64,000 bases of DNA from Octopus vulgaris (GCA_951406725.2 OX597819.1:86614001-86678000), one strand, 5' to 3'; shown: positions 40,335 to 53,610, counted from the first letter of the stretch. Notes: generated by a model from the sequence alone, not told the origin. Translations and numbers: made by a program.

Positions 40335-41179
40335 CAGGGTATGGTGAATAAACTGTTGTCTAAATTACACAAAAATAAAACTAACATTGATATCTCCTTT
40401 TAATAGATATATTTACCAAAATTACATAAAATATAAAAATATCTTGAAATACTAAAGCATAAATTTATTCAATAAAATCACCATTGGCTTCAACCATGGC
40501 TGCCAAATGACTTTGGAATTTCCTGCAACTCTTCTAGTGAATGCTGCCATAATCCTTGTCTTCAATTCATCTTTGGTGCTACAAAGAGTTTTGTTGGTCT
40601 CTCACTCAACTGTGCCCCACACATTATAATCAAGGGATTTGCAGTCTGGGGAGTTAGGTGGCCAGATGTTTGGGGTGATGTGGCCGCAGAAATTGTCTGA
40701 CAGCCATGACTGGGTTCTACTGCCTGTGTGGCATGATGCAAAGTCCTGTTGCCAGGACCTTCTAATAACCACCCTCTTGAGCCAGGGCAGCACTACATCC
40801 TCCAGGTACTTGTAGGCCTCTCTGTTGAGTCTGAGGCCATGTGGAAAGATGAATGGAGGCATAATGTTGCCATCACTAGTGACCACTCCAAACACCATGA
40901 TGTTGAAAACATGTTTGATTTTTATCACTCTCAGTACATGCTCTCAGATTGACACCCAAACACTCTGAAATGTTGGAGCTTCTGGCGCGAATGCCAAGCA
41001 GTACAGCATGTCATTTCCAAATTTGTGGCAGAGTGATTAGCGTCATGGTGCTGTTTTTCTCACACATGGCATCCAGCTGACCCTACTATACTGTGTAGTC
41101 AACAAAATCGTAAACAAACAATGCACAGGTGTGAAATTAACAATATAAAATGGCAACAATTTCCCCATCGCACCCTCTG
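40335..41179 (-). mobile_element. maT (DD37D) transposon, internally deleted
   Basis: Ends CAGGGT.. and ..CACCCT. ORF 40602-40928 has 37 residues between the D of WQQD and the D of SLD. Same family as the 23624 element. Confidence 0.88.
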
Positions 41180-41189
41180 TGTGTGTACG

Positions 41190-41239
<50 letters not shown>

Positions 41240-42015
41240 CATACATACATATATATATAGTAGTAGTAACAGAAAAGAGGAATTTCGATTATCCCCACGT
41301 GGTGAGTTGTAATGTATATAAGAAATTAAAAAAAGGAAAATATGCACACTTACATAGTTTTAATATCATTTTTAATATATTGACCGGTTTCGCTATCGCT
41401 ATTCATGATATTATGTTTTACTTATTTGAATATATATTTTTTCTTAAGAAGAAATTTTGTCCATGTTGTGTGAGATGAAATTCACGAGTGAATGACTTCA
41501 CAAGCAGATAAATAAAGGGAGGTAATTGGTTGTCGCTATTATTGTTATTGTTCTGGGTAGGGGAGATCTCTGTGGTAGTTGGTGCATGTGTGTGTGTGTT
41601 GATGTGTTTACATCCTCATAACTTAGCAGTTTGGCAGCAGAGACCAATAGAATAAGTATCAGCTTAAAAGAAATAAGTACTGGGGTTGATTCATTTAACT
41701 ATACTAAATTCAAGGCAGTGCTCCAGTATGGCCATGACCTAATGACTGAAATAAGTAAAATAGAAAGGTTAGTTCTTAAAACCAAACAAACTGCTCAACA
41801 AAAATGTGAGTAATTTGGTTGTTTTGTATATTTAGCCCAAACACAAGATGATGGTGGCCTTTTACTATTTGAAAATTATTATAAACTAGCAATTTTCATC
41901 ATTATTCAAAGTACGTTTTCCTTGCTGGCATGGTTGGAATTTTAATGTTATAAAATCACTCACTGGAGAATAAACACAAACAAACGGAAATATATAGAGA
42001 ACACAATAACAATAA

Positions 42016-42410
42016 TCATCATCATCGTTTAACGTCCACTTTCCATGCTAGCATGGGTTGGACGTGTGACTGAGGGCTGGCAAACCAGATGGCTACACCA
42101 GGCTTCAATCTTGATCTGGCAGAGTTTCTACAGCTGGATGCCCTTCCTAACGCCAACCACTCCGAGAGTGTAGTGGGTGCTTTTACGTGCCACCGGAACG
42201 GGGCCAGTCAAGCAGCACTGGTAACGACCTCGCTCAAATCTTTTACACGTGCCACCTGCACGGGTGCCAGTAAGGCGATGCTGATAACGATCACGCTCGA
42301 ATGGTGTTTTTTACATGCCACCGGCACGGAGGCCAGATAGCCGCTCTGGCAATGATCACGCTCGGATGGTGCTCTATCGCTTGAATGGTGCCTTTTAAGT
42401 GCCACTGACA
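42016..42410 (-). mobile_element. Family C element
   Basis: (CAT)n tail and core. Further copies near 14048, 19430, 32850, 38695, 44557, 45928, 49921, 53228 and 56541. Confidence 0.8.
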
Positions 42411-42855
42411 AGAAGAAGAACAACAACAACAAGTTTTCTCAATGAAGCAAGGAAGAAGCTAAAGTTGTAGACAGATGAAAAAGGGGAAGAATGAATTTAC
42501 AACACAAAAACAATAAAATGACAAAACAAACCTGAAAACACTTCTAATATTACAATTAGATGCAAGAAAATGGTTGTTACACAGATCAGGTCAGAGAACT
42601 GCTTTGGTTCAGGAGACCAAAGCTCAAAGCCAAGAGTAAAAGGGTTAATGTCAATGCGATTGTCAGGAATTTTCAGACCAAAAACAAGTAATAAAGCAGA
42701 ATCCATCAAGTTTGCAGGTGTAGCTTACTTCTCAACCACATGGTTTAAAGTTCAGTCCCACTGTGTGGTACTTCAGACAAGTGTCTTCTACAATAGCCCC
42801 AGGCTGATAGAAGTGGATTTGATATACAGAAACTGAAAGAAACTTGTTGAATGTA

Positions 42856-42886
<31 letters not shown>

Positions 42887-42887
42887 A

Positions 42888-42919
<32 letters not shown>

Positions 42920-42926
42920 TATATAT

Positions 42927-43015
42927 CTTCAGCCTGATGAGAAGCTAATGGAGTACACCCGCATTGAGTAATTATTACTTCTGAGGTTCTAGCTAGGAAA
43001 CATATGTAGCCTGGA
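42927..43015 (+). ncRNA. Type I hammerhead ribozyme motif (weakened stems)
   Basis: TTCAGC CTGATGA GAAGCTA..TAGCTAG GAAAC ATAT GTA GCCTGGA. Core intact, palindromic ACATATGT, mismatches at the base of stem II. Confidence 0.6.
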
Positions 43016-43263
43016 TTTTACCTGCTCTGGATTTTTATTCATATACATAGCAACCTTAGTTGCTAACCATGAACTACACAATAACGTTTTTTTTTTTTAT
43101 TGAACTTCAATATGGGAAAAGATTTACAACCTTCTATGTCAATAAACTATAATTGTTCCTGAAAGTTGTGTTTTATACCTTCTACAGATTGCTTGAAGCT
43201 TACTAACTACCTACACCTGGATCCTTGAACCTAACATTTACATATATATATATATATATATAA

Positions 43264-43784
43264 AATCAAAATAAGCAACAAGAATGACTCCGGTAATTTG
43301 GTACGATCGTTTCGTACTACATCATTTTATTAAATGTTGTAAGTATTACAACAGTTTAAAAATGCTGAGCACTCATCAGCCAATTATAGAGGTTTTCCAT
43401 TAATATAAAAATGTTCATATCAAGTGGCAACATTATAGAGAAGGTAGATATATAGACAAAGATGTGGATTTGAATTTTAAGAACATTTGAGGTAATGGAG
43501 CCCATCAACTGACTGACTAACTGAATCTTAGTCAGTAAGTTGATGGGCTCCACTACCTCAAATGTTCATAAAATTTAAATCCAAATCTGTGTCTATATAT
43601 CTACCTTCTCTATAATGTTGCCACTTGATATGAAAATTTTTGTATTAATGGAAAATCTCTATAATTGGCTAATGAGTGCTCAACATTTTAAAACTGTTGT
43701 AATACTTACAACATTTAATAAAATGATATAATATAAAACAATCGTACCAAATTACCGGAGTCATTCTTGTTGCTTATTTTGATT
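43264..43784. repeat. 521-bp near-perfect palindrome (257-bp arms, 7-nt loop)
   Basis: Centre ACTGACTAA-ctgaatc-TTAGTCAGT. Ends AATCAAAATAAGCAACAAG / CTTGTTGCTTATTTTGATT. Confidence 0.95.
43295..43386 (-). ncRNA. Intact type I hammerhead ribozyme motif
   Basis: TTGG CTGATGA GTGCT-(long stem, apex TGTTGTAA tac TTACAACA)-AGTAC GAAAC GATC GTA|CCAA. All core nucleotides are present. Confidence 0.85.
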
Positions 43785-43882
43785 ATAATCACCCCACGGA
43801 TTTATATGGATAACACCATACAGAATTCTGATGCATCTAAATTAAGTACCATATTCATTTGAATCTAAATTTTTGCTGAACT

Positions 43883-43922
<40 letters not shown>

Positions 43923-46900
43923 GTAGTAGTTATTTAAATCTTGGGTATACACCTGGTAGTATTCCAATTAAAGCACTTTATACAATACTGATATGCCACT
44001 GGATCTACCTCAGGAATTCCTCAGTGTTTGTTGAGTATATAAATGTGTTCATTAGGAAATTAAATGATGGTGTTGATGATATATATGTAAAGTTTGATAC
44101 TGTGATGCAGTGAAAGTTTGGTACAGAAAGAAGGAAACTTGCAATGACTGAAGAACACTTAACTGAATATGAGATTGATATAAAGGGGTAAAGGCTTCCT
44201 TCGGGATTGTACCTAGAAAGCTCCCACTCAAGACACAAGTCCTGGCAAGATTGTTTATGAAGGACCAGCAGTCGCCCATGCATAGCAGCCTCCCCTCTCC
44301 ATGCTACCTATGTTATTTATCCAAGGGAAAGGCAAAGGCTGATACAGCTTGGCATCAGTGATGTTGCAACACCTACAGCTGAGTGAACTGGAGCAATGTG
44401 AAAACAAAACGTCTTGCTCAAGAACACAACACACAACCAGGTCCAGAAATTGAACTTACTACCTCATGATTATAAGCCCAACACTCTAACCACTGAGCCA
44501 TGCACCTTTACATGAGTTGAAATATAACCATGAAAACTAGGCAGGGCTATGGAGTTCATCATCATCATCATTTAATGTCCATTGTCCATGCTGGCATGGG
44601 TTGGACAGTTTGACCAGGACAGGTAAGCTGGAAGGCTGCACCAGACTCCAGTCTGATTTGGCATGGTATTCTACGGTTGGATGCCCTTTCTAATGCCAAC
44701 CACTCTGAGAATGTAATGGGGTGCTTTTACATGCCATAGGTCTCCTTCCCAAGGTAACATAATGCCAAAAGTCTCGGTCATTGCCTCTGTGAGGCCCAAC
44801 ACTTGAAAGGAACTCAGTCACTTTGCCTCATGTAACTCCAGCCCAACCGTACAGAGTGCAGCAACTTGGACAATAGCTTCAGATTGACCAATACCTTGTG
44901 AGCAAAAGTTAGCAGAGAGAAATAGAAAAGAAACCCATCATGTATGTGTGTGTGTTTGTGTATGTGTGTGTTTCTTTCACCAAAGTGTATTAGAAAAGAG
45001 TATAAACATCGGAGAGAAAAATGAAAAATCAGTGCTCTTCCAGCAGTCAAAGCAGCATTATTTCTGCACTGTGTCTCAAGTACTCCTTTGTCACTCACAC
45101 CTTCAGAAAAACAATTAACTAACGACCAGTCAATTGGAAAACTGTAACCAATCACGCTATTGTTCATTAGCTGCAGGAGATAATAAATAAATAAATAAAT
45201 AAATAAACAGGTGGGAGAGAGAAATGACAGTCTACAATAAAAGATGATCGTTGTATTTATTATTCATGAGACACTTCACACTGACGTAGACATAGAAAGG
45301 GATCAAAGTAATGATGTGAAATACCAATTACAGAAGCATTGATAGATCATAACAGGCAGAGGACAATAAGGATGCTTTGTTCTAAATTGGCCCTGTTCAA
45401 GCAGACAAATGATCAAAGGCATTCCAATCATGACTTTTCTTCAGGTCTATATTATCCACTGAATATATTCTTACTTCTAAGATATGATGATTTGGTTGTT
45501 ATTCATAGCAGCATGTTGGACGCCTATGAAGAGCTCCCCTGTTGGCTGCAAATGGTGTTCTACATAAGCGTAAATTTATAATTCATTACTTAATACCATA
45601 AACAATCAGTTAAGCACAACTGCTACTATACAAGTCCATCAGAGCTTTAGAGACATTTATTGCAATATATACCATGCATGGCATAACAAATGATACAGAA
45701 ATTAGAGTGAGGTTTCCAATCCTGTCTTGTGTCAACATTAAAAAAAATGTATATGATATAAATACAGCATGTTACACTGTAGTTATTGTTTAGACTCATG
45801 TCAGCCCTGATTGAGCAGGTTGGGATCATCTTGTCATTTCTTTTTCAGGTAGACTGTATTTAGAACTTCCTCGTCTAATATATATTTCCCTTTGTTTTAA
45901 GATAGTGAAATGTAATCTGAAGGGGATCCATGCTGGCATGGGTTGGACAGTTTAACAGGATCCTTTGAGCCACAGGGCTGAATAGTGCTCCATGTCAGTT
46001 TTGATATGGTTCTTACATCTGGATGCCCTTCCTAATGCCAAGCACTTTATAGCAAGTATTGGATACTTTTTCCATGCCACTGTCACAAAACAGGAAAGGA
46101 AAGGCCCTCTCAACTGAGTGGGAGGAGTATTTGAGAGGATGAAGAGATGATTTTATGCCAAGGACAAGCAGAAGTGTCTTGTTGTAGAGAAGATACAAGG
46201 CTGCTCTGCATTTGTATAAGAGTGGGTGGAGGTGTCTGCAAACAAAAAGGTAAGAAGGTTGTGATGAGGAAGCCAGAGAAAATGAAAACCCTCAAAGAGA
46301 AAGAGATGATAGAAATTGGGGTAGGCAGTTACAAGAGTGTGAGGGAAGGGTACCAGATGGTTACAGATGGGTGTAGAGGAGAATATAGTGAGTGATAGAT
46401 AAATAAGAGTGGAGGGGTGGCTTGATGGGAAATACTAGTACTGGCAGTGGAGTAAGATGAAAACGATAGAATATCATTGCTATTTGCAGCAGGCAGAGTG
46501 GTTTTGTATGAGATGCCTCATTAGTCTAGGTATATTTACTTACAACAACAAGGCAGGTTAATTGTTGTCATGATAAAAATTGAAGCAAAAAAAAGGGGGG
46601 GGGGTACCCCCAACACACCCCGCTCCAAACACATGCCAATTTTGTATAAACTGCACTAGTTGCTCTGTTTGTTGTCAACATAACTGTTTTCATTTCCCTA
46701 GAAAAACCTTGTTCTACTTATCTATAAAATCAAATTCAATTTCTTTTATTTTCTTTTTTTCTCTCTCTCTCTCTCCCTTCACCCTTATCCCTTCAGACAC
46801 ACTACAATGCTCAGGCATATATGTTATAATCAGTTTCAGAAATCAATGACGGGGACTACTTTACTGTAAACAACATTGATAAACAAGTTTGATTAAGCTT

Positions 46901-47265
46901 TGGTTGCAGCTCTAATGAGAGAAACAGTATTACAACCATATAGAAAGAGAATGGACGAGGAGGGAGAGAGAATGGGGGGGGGAAACAGAAGGTTGGAAAT
47001 GTTTGAGTGTATGTGTATACAGCATTTATCTAACGGAAGAAAGGTCAGAAAGGTAAAGAGATAGGATAAAATAAAACAGTTGAAAATTGTGTGTATGTGT
47101 GTGTGCATGTACATGCATTGTTTTGTGCAGAATTATGCACCGTTTTTCCTGCCATACATGTGATCATCTACACCAGTGCTTCTCAACCATCTTTTACTTA
47201 TGGACCCCTGTGATTCCTATTTTACTTGGGTGGACCCTCATAGCGAATTCATATTTTTAAAATCC

Positions 47266-47657
47266 TGGCTGTGTGGTAAGTAGCTTGCTTACCAACCACA
47301 TGGTTCCGGGTTCAGTCCCACTGCGTGGCACCTTGGGCAAGTGTCTTCTGCTATAGCCTCGGGCCGACCAAAGCCTTGTGAGTGGATTTGGTAGGCGGAA
47401 ACTGAAAGAAGCCTATCGTATATATATGTGTGTGTGTGTGTGTATATGTTTGTGTGTCTGTGTTTGTCCCCCCAACATCGCTTGACAACCGACAATGGTG
47501 TGTTTATGTCTCCATAACTTAGTGGTTCGGCAAAAAGAGACCGATAGAATAAGTACTAGGCTTACAAAGAATAAGCCCTGGGGTCGATTTGCTCGACTAA
47601 AGGTGGTGCTCCAGCATGGCTACAGTCAAATGACTGAAACAAGTAAAAGAGTAAAGA
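47266..47657 (+). mobile_element. SINE family A
   Basis: Near-identical to the 5994 copy. Confidence 0.88.
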
Positions 47658-47730
47658 ATATAAGAAATTGTATAAAAAGAATTGTTAAAATATTTTGTGT
47701 ATAGTAGAAGTGTAACCAATTTATTACACA

Positions 47731-49593
47731 CTAGCAGAAGTACCCAGTATTGCTCAGGTATAAAATACTCAGCAATCGTCTTAATGGGTTCTACCAATTT
47801 TTTTTTGTTGCACATCACTTTGAATATTTTTTGCGTTAAGTTGCAAACACTGACATTGAGGAAGAAGTGATTTTTTTCCACAGACCATAAATAAAGTAGT
47901 AACAACAGGGTGAAAAGCCTTGGAGAAGTCACAAGAGCATTGCAGGGGGTGCAACAACTGAATGTAAAGTGGCCCTGAAAAGGGCCGAGTTATCGTTCTC
48001 ACAATGGCCCTGAAAAGGATTGTTAACCATTCACAGGTATAAATGTCCTTTTTCGTTCACATGAAAAGTAGTGGGTGCAGTGATGCCAAAACTCAAGCCA
48101 TTTGCAAGGAGACAGAGAAGCTGTAGCAGACAAAATATATAAAAAAGACTAATGAAAAACAGGTAATTTTGAAAGAATGGCAACAATAGTACTCACTCAC
48201 CATAAACTAGTTCAGTGGCATGTTGGACGGCCTACAGCACCTCATGGTAGATGACATTTTTCGTTTTGGCTTTCGGAGCAAACACGAAAAGGTTTTTTTG
48301 CATCCAATGTATAATTGGCTGTGCGAGAAGCATGGTTGGCCTAAATGGAGGCCTGTTATTGTTAGTGTTTGGCCTTGGGACTTGTTGATGGACATGGCAA
48401 AGCAAAGTCGAAAAGGGAACTGAAGTCAATGCAAAGTTCAAGAACATTGCTCATCTGATGGAATAAGAAGTATCCTGGGTATAAAGACATCTCCGATTCT
48501 GTAACTCATAAGAATTGTTGCTTCAGTAACATGAGGCAGCACATTTGTTACCACTAACCACATTCCATTGCACAGACGTGGTGACTCCAGGTTCCTCAGC
48601 AGCATGACTGGAGCTCCAATTTTGAGATGCAATTGATGAGGCAGTAGTCCGGAGGAGTCCAAGAAAGTGAGGAATTCTGTGGGAAAATTAACAGCTTCTT
48701 CTTGGTCCACATCAGGAAGGCTTCCCTGTAGGTCTTCAGTGAGTTTCGCAACAAATGTGTTTTTGGGAGCTGATATGGCACTTTTGCACAGCTAATTCAG
48801 GTTTTGGTACTTAATGGGCAGATCGGGAAAAACAGCGGTTGTAAGGTTGTCCACAGTGTCCACAGGTGTGTCTATGTGTGAGACAGCCATCTCTCCAGGT
48901 GCATCGAAGGGAGCTATGCCATCACCAACAGTGAGAAGTTGCTAGGAGAAGTCACCCAATAAGTTGTTGCCGAAAAGCTGGGCCCTTGTGTTCAGTCAAA
49001 AATGAGGGATTTAAGGAAAAAAACTGATTTTCTATTCAGTTTGCGCAATTGTTAGTCATACGTGGATGAATTCTGCGCAAATCGGGGTCTCCTAACAATA
49101 CCCTTAGGATGAGTAAATAGAGGGTAACGTTTGAGCACAATCTACCAAAGCAGAGAGAAGTTTTTGAAGATTTAAAAGGGAAAAAAGTGTATAAAATCGA
49201 TTTTTTTTCAGTTTTTCATGATTTTTTTTTTGTTAGACAGGGATGTCTTTGGACATAGAACAGATACTTCATAGAACTGCAGTTACATGGTGGTTTTTAG
49301 CAGTAAAAACCAAGGAAATCGGACTTTCCAGTAAAAAGTTTTCTACCGTGTAACTTTGCAAAAATGTGAAAAATCGATTTCTTTCAAAGTTTTTTGCATT
49401 TTCTTGGGAATCAGAGACCTCAAGGCAGTGCCAAAATATGTCTGAAATGTCACATGTCAGTTCTTTTGACACCAAAATTATAAAAATCAGACATTCCTGT
49501 AAAAACTTTTCTCGCATGCAACTTTTGTCTTCTTTTGCAACAAGTGGGGGAAAATTACACATACACAGATATGTTGAGTTTTATAGATATAGA
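47731..49593 (-). mobile_element. Helitron with PIF1-helicase pseudogene fragments
   Basis: 5' A|TCTATATCTATAAA and 3' CTGCTAG|T. Motifs FPTEFL, LHLKIGAPVMLLRNL..LCNG, VFIPRI, SINKSQGQTL and FSHSQLY at 48207-48990. Confidence 0.92.
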
Positions 49594-49880
49594 TAAATAT
49601 TAACAATGAAATCTTATGTGGACCCCACCAAAGGTCATATGGTCCCTGGTTGAGAATCACTTGTCTACACAGTGAATTTGATAGATAACACAGTAAGATA
49701 TAACTGAAGTCTAGTGTTTCTGGAAGAAGTGGGTTCCAAGGAATCTAAAAATTCCATGAATATATCTTTGGAGTTCCAAGCAATAAAGTGTCAAGCTTAT
49801 ACAATTTTATTAAATTTTAAGAAAGGATCCTTCATTTTATAGAGAGCAAGTTTATGATATAAATACACACACACACAAAC

Positions 49881-49922
<42 letters not shown>

Positions 49923-50119
49923 TCATCATCGTTTAACGTCCGTTTTCCATGCTAGCATGGGTTGGATGGTTTGACTGGGATCTGGGAAGCCAGGAGGCTG
50001 CACCAGGCTCCAGTCTGATCTGGCAGTGTTTCTACAGCTGGATACCCTTCCTAACGCCAACCACTCTTTGAGTGTAGTGGGTGCTTTTTACGTGCCACCA
50101 GCATAGGGGCCAGGCGAGG

Positions 50120-50156
<37 letters not shown>

Positions 50157-50159
50157 CAT

Positions 50160-50807
50160 GGTGGTTGTCTACTCCTTATGCAGAGTCTGACCACCACTAG
50201 TACATACACCTTAGATCCATCATGGCATCTGATGTGGTTTTTTAAACTGAACAATGTATTGAAAAGACACCCACATAAATTGCATGTCTGATTTGGACAA
50301 CCAAGAGTTGCAGCTAAGTTCTGATCTTTGTGGATCTTAAAATGTCTTTTGAGGTCTCCGTTAGATTTGCAGATCATATGGCATATTGAAAGGTGCACAC
50401 AGATATATCGGCAGAGTAGTTGGTGGTTCGCTTTTCATGGGTGTGCAAATGAGATTTGAAATCAGCAAAAGAAAGGCATGTTCTGCAACAAACTATACAC
50501 ACAAAAAGCCACTGAGATTCACCTTCTCAATCACAACGTTCTTCTTTAAATCTCTCTGGAGTCTTACATGCGTCATCCTGGCCTCCTCAGAAGCTTTCAC
50601 CCCACAATTTTGTTCGCCATCCAGCTCCATCAGAAGCAAGGGTTCCTATAGCCTTTGGATCCATTCCAAGTGACTTCATGGTAGTCCTTATGCCATCTTT
50701 AAACCTCTTTTTAGGTTTACACTGATTGCATTTCCTCTCTGCAAGTTTCCCATAAAACAGCTGTTTGGGAGTGCATTCATCTGCCATTCAAACAATATGA
50801 CCAGACC
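50160..50807 (-). mobile_element. RTE-clade LINE 3' end with C2H2 zinc fingers
   Basis: GHIV*MADECTPKQLFYGKL..KPKKRFKD..WR, then CHMICKSNGDLKRHFKIH and CNLCGCLFNTLFSLKNHIRCH. Confidence 0.8.
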
Positions 50808-52032
50808 TGAGGGCAGCCTGAAATGTTCACAGGTGGACTATGAAGGAGGGAAGCTAGAGCTTTGAAATCTTGTATACATAAATTTCAGTTCTTCTTATTA
50901 ATAACTGCACTGTTTCATTCCAGGTAAACTGACATCAAACTGTTCAAAGAATATTTCACAAGTAACACATAGCAACTTCCCTTAAAAACGGACAAAATTT
51001 GGCATTGTGGTATTATCAGGTACCTGTCATAAAAGGGTTTAGCCTCTAAGGGCACACATGCTGACATAGATGCTAAATTAGGGGATAATTCTCTAGCTTT
51101 ATCAACAGTGCAAAAGTGGGCAGCTGAATTTAGAAGGGGAATGGAAAGGCTTGACCCATGATTTGGACAGCCTGCAACTGCCACCACCAAGGAAAACATT
51201 GATTGCATTCATCACATGGTGATAGATGACAGGCTATAAATCAAAAAGCCAATAGAATACTTTGCACAATGAACTTGGCATGACAAAGGTTGTTGCTCAC
51301 CTAGGTCATGTCTTCAGATACCTGATCAAAAGTGCACCAAGCTGATCACATCAAGGGAAAATGTAACATTGTTTGAGGCAGGTCCAGCTGGTTTCCTTGA
51401 ACATTTCCTAACCCTGGGTAAGTGTTGGGTTCATCACTTTGAGCAAGAGACAAAGAAACAATCCATGCAGTGGAAACACTCCTCCTCACCCATTCCAAAG
51501 AAGTCCAAAGTCATTTCATCTGCAGGAAAGGTGATGGCCTCGCTTTTTGGGGATGCAAAGGGCATTGTGTTTATTGATTATCAATAGAAAGTACTATGCC
51601 AACTTGCTGAGGCAGTTACAAAAGACTATCAAGATCAAACACCCAGGAAAGCTCACAAAATGGGTTTTGTTTCATTAGGGCATTGCTCCAGTACACAATT
51701 CTTTGGTTACAATGGCTGCTGCGTGTGACTGTGACTTTGAACTGATTGATCAACTTCCCTATTCTTTTGATTTGGCTCCAATTGACTATCATCTGTTCTC
51801 CAACATGCAAAAGCACTTGGCAGGGAACCAGTATCGCAGTGATGATGATGTCATATTCTGCTGTTGATGACTTTTTTGACTAACAGAATGAAAGCTGTGT
51901 CACCAATGGAATCCAAGCATGACAACATCGATGGAATAAGTGTGTAGATTGCAAGGGGGTACTATGTTGAAAAATAAACCTCGTTTGGGCACATTCCATG
52001 ATAGTATCTATGAATTTTTCAGGTGACCATCA
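50808..52032 (+). mobile_element. Mariner transposon, decayed
   Basis: Imperfect TIRs GAGGGCAGCCTGAAATGTTCACAG / CTATGAATTTTTCAGGTGACCATC. Motifs WVHHFEQETKKQSMQW, AGKVMASLF and PYSFDLAPIDYHLF. Confidence 0.88.
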
Positions 52033-53610
52033 CACACACATATACATATAAATATATATAAAAATACACATGCATACATATGCATACAAGTATTACATTG
52101 ATATATATATATGTGTGTGTGGTGAACATGTACATCACTTCCATCATGCCTTGTTCCGACCCTACCATCACCAAACTAGAACACATCCTCTTCCGCTTCT
52201 TGTGGAAAGGATGGGGATGACTGTCCTCCAGTTCCACCAAAGGGGTTAATATGATTTTGCCCAGAAATCACGTTTTCAAAATTATAATTTCCCCAACCCC
52301 ACTGAAATTTCCTAATTTTTAACAGTTTTTCAAATTTTGTTTGTAATCCACATGGAAGAACAGAGATTACAAATGTGGGAAATATACTTTGCTTTTGAAA
52401 GTTTAATTTTGCTGAAAGAAATACTGAATGCCCTTTTCCCCACCTTGGCCTCTCATCAGCTACCCACTTTGGGCGAAATGCAAATGTCCTGTATGGAAAA
52501 CATAGGAATATGAGGAAATTGAGGAAAAAAAATTAGTAAGTGGGACTGTAACTGTGTGTGTGTGTGTGTGTGTGTGTGCGCACCAAAGGAAGTTATTTTT
52601 GCATACCTTTCTTAATTCCAATTAATTAGTGGAAGTTGTGACTTGTTGACAGTATGATGAGGTCTGCTTACATTTCAATCAGAAATTGAAAGAGAGAGAT
52701 AATGCCTAATTCTACACATGCATGAAACATGGGATGAAAATGAAAATAACCTGAAAATTTGTATGACACGACCTCAGTTCTGCAGTTGTCAGCGACCCCT
52801 TCTCTCCCGCTTTCCCCCTCTCTTTGTGCCGGCTTTTTTTCACTTTCAACCATGGAACATACATAGGGTATGAAACATCAGCGTCTGTCTCTCATCTGCT
52901 ATCCTTCTTTCAACTTCTATAGAAACTTGTTTTTTGTTTGTTTCTTTATCTTGTCTCTCTGTCTTTTGCTTATTCTGCATTTCTCTTGGTCATTCCGTAA
53001 AAATTTATTTCTTTATGCTTTGAATAGAGCAGAAATTGAAAGGAAAGAGAAAAAGGGAGAGAGAGAGCAGAAAGTGAAAGATGTATGTACGTGTATATGA
53101 AATGGGTGAGTGTGTGTGTGTATGCGTATGTACGAGAGAGAGAAAGAGAAACAGAGTGAGTGAGTGAAGGCGTGTGTTGTAATGAAGGATTTCTTTTAAA
53201 GTACACACTCATATAGAAAATGTGACGTCATCATCATCATCGTTTAACATCCGCTTTCCATGCTAGCATTGGTTGGACGGTTCAACTGGGGTCTGGGGAG
53301 CCCGAAGGCTGCACCAGGCCAGTCAGATCTGGCAGTGTTTCTACAGCTGGATGCCCTTCCTAACGCCAACCACTCCGAGAGTGTAGTGGGTGATTTTATG
53401 TGCCACCGACACAGGTGCCAGACGAGGCTGTCATTGTCATATAAAATGTTTACGACAGTTGACTTATGGAAAAGATTATAATTTCAAATTTTTGTAATGC
53501 AAATATGCCAATGAAAATAAAGTTTAATTGGTAGCCGAAATAGTAGTGAATCTTTTGAAACCGCATACGTCAAAATTGGTTCCTCGGTTTTGGAATGCAT
53601 AAGGAACATA

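Larger units (their letters stand above)
47174..49662. mobile_element. hAT (Charlie-like) MITE hosting a nested SINE and Helitron
   Basis: TIRs CAGTGCTTCTCAACC / GGTTGAGAATCACTT. 8-bp TSD ATCTACAC / GTCTACAC. GGACCC subterminal motifs. Confidence 0.8.

Noticed and set aside
41385-41415. Minus-strand GCGAAACCGGTC half-ribozyme after (TA)n
   Set aside because: No CTGANGA upstream, so at most a truncated remnant.
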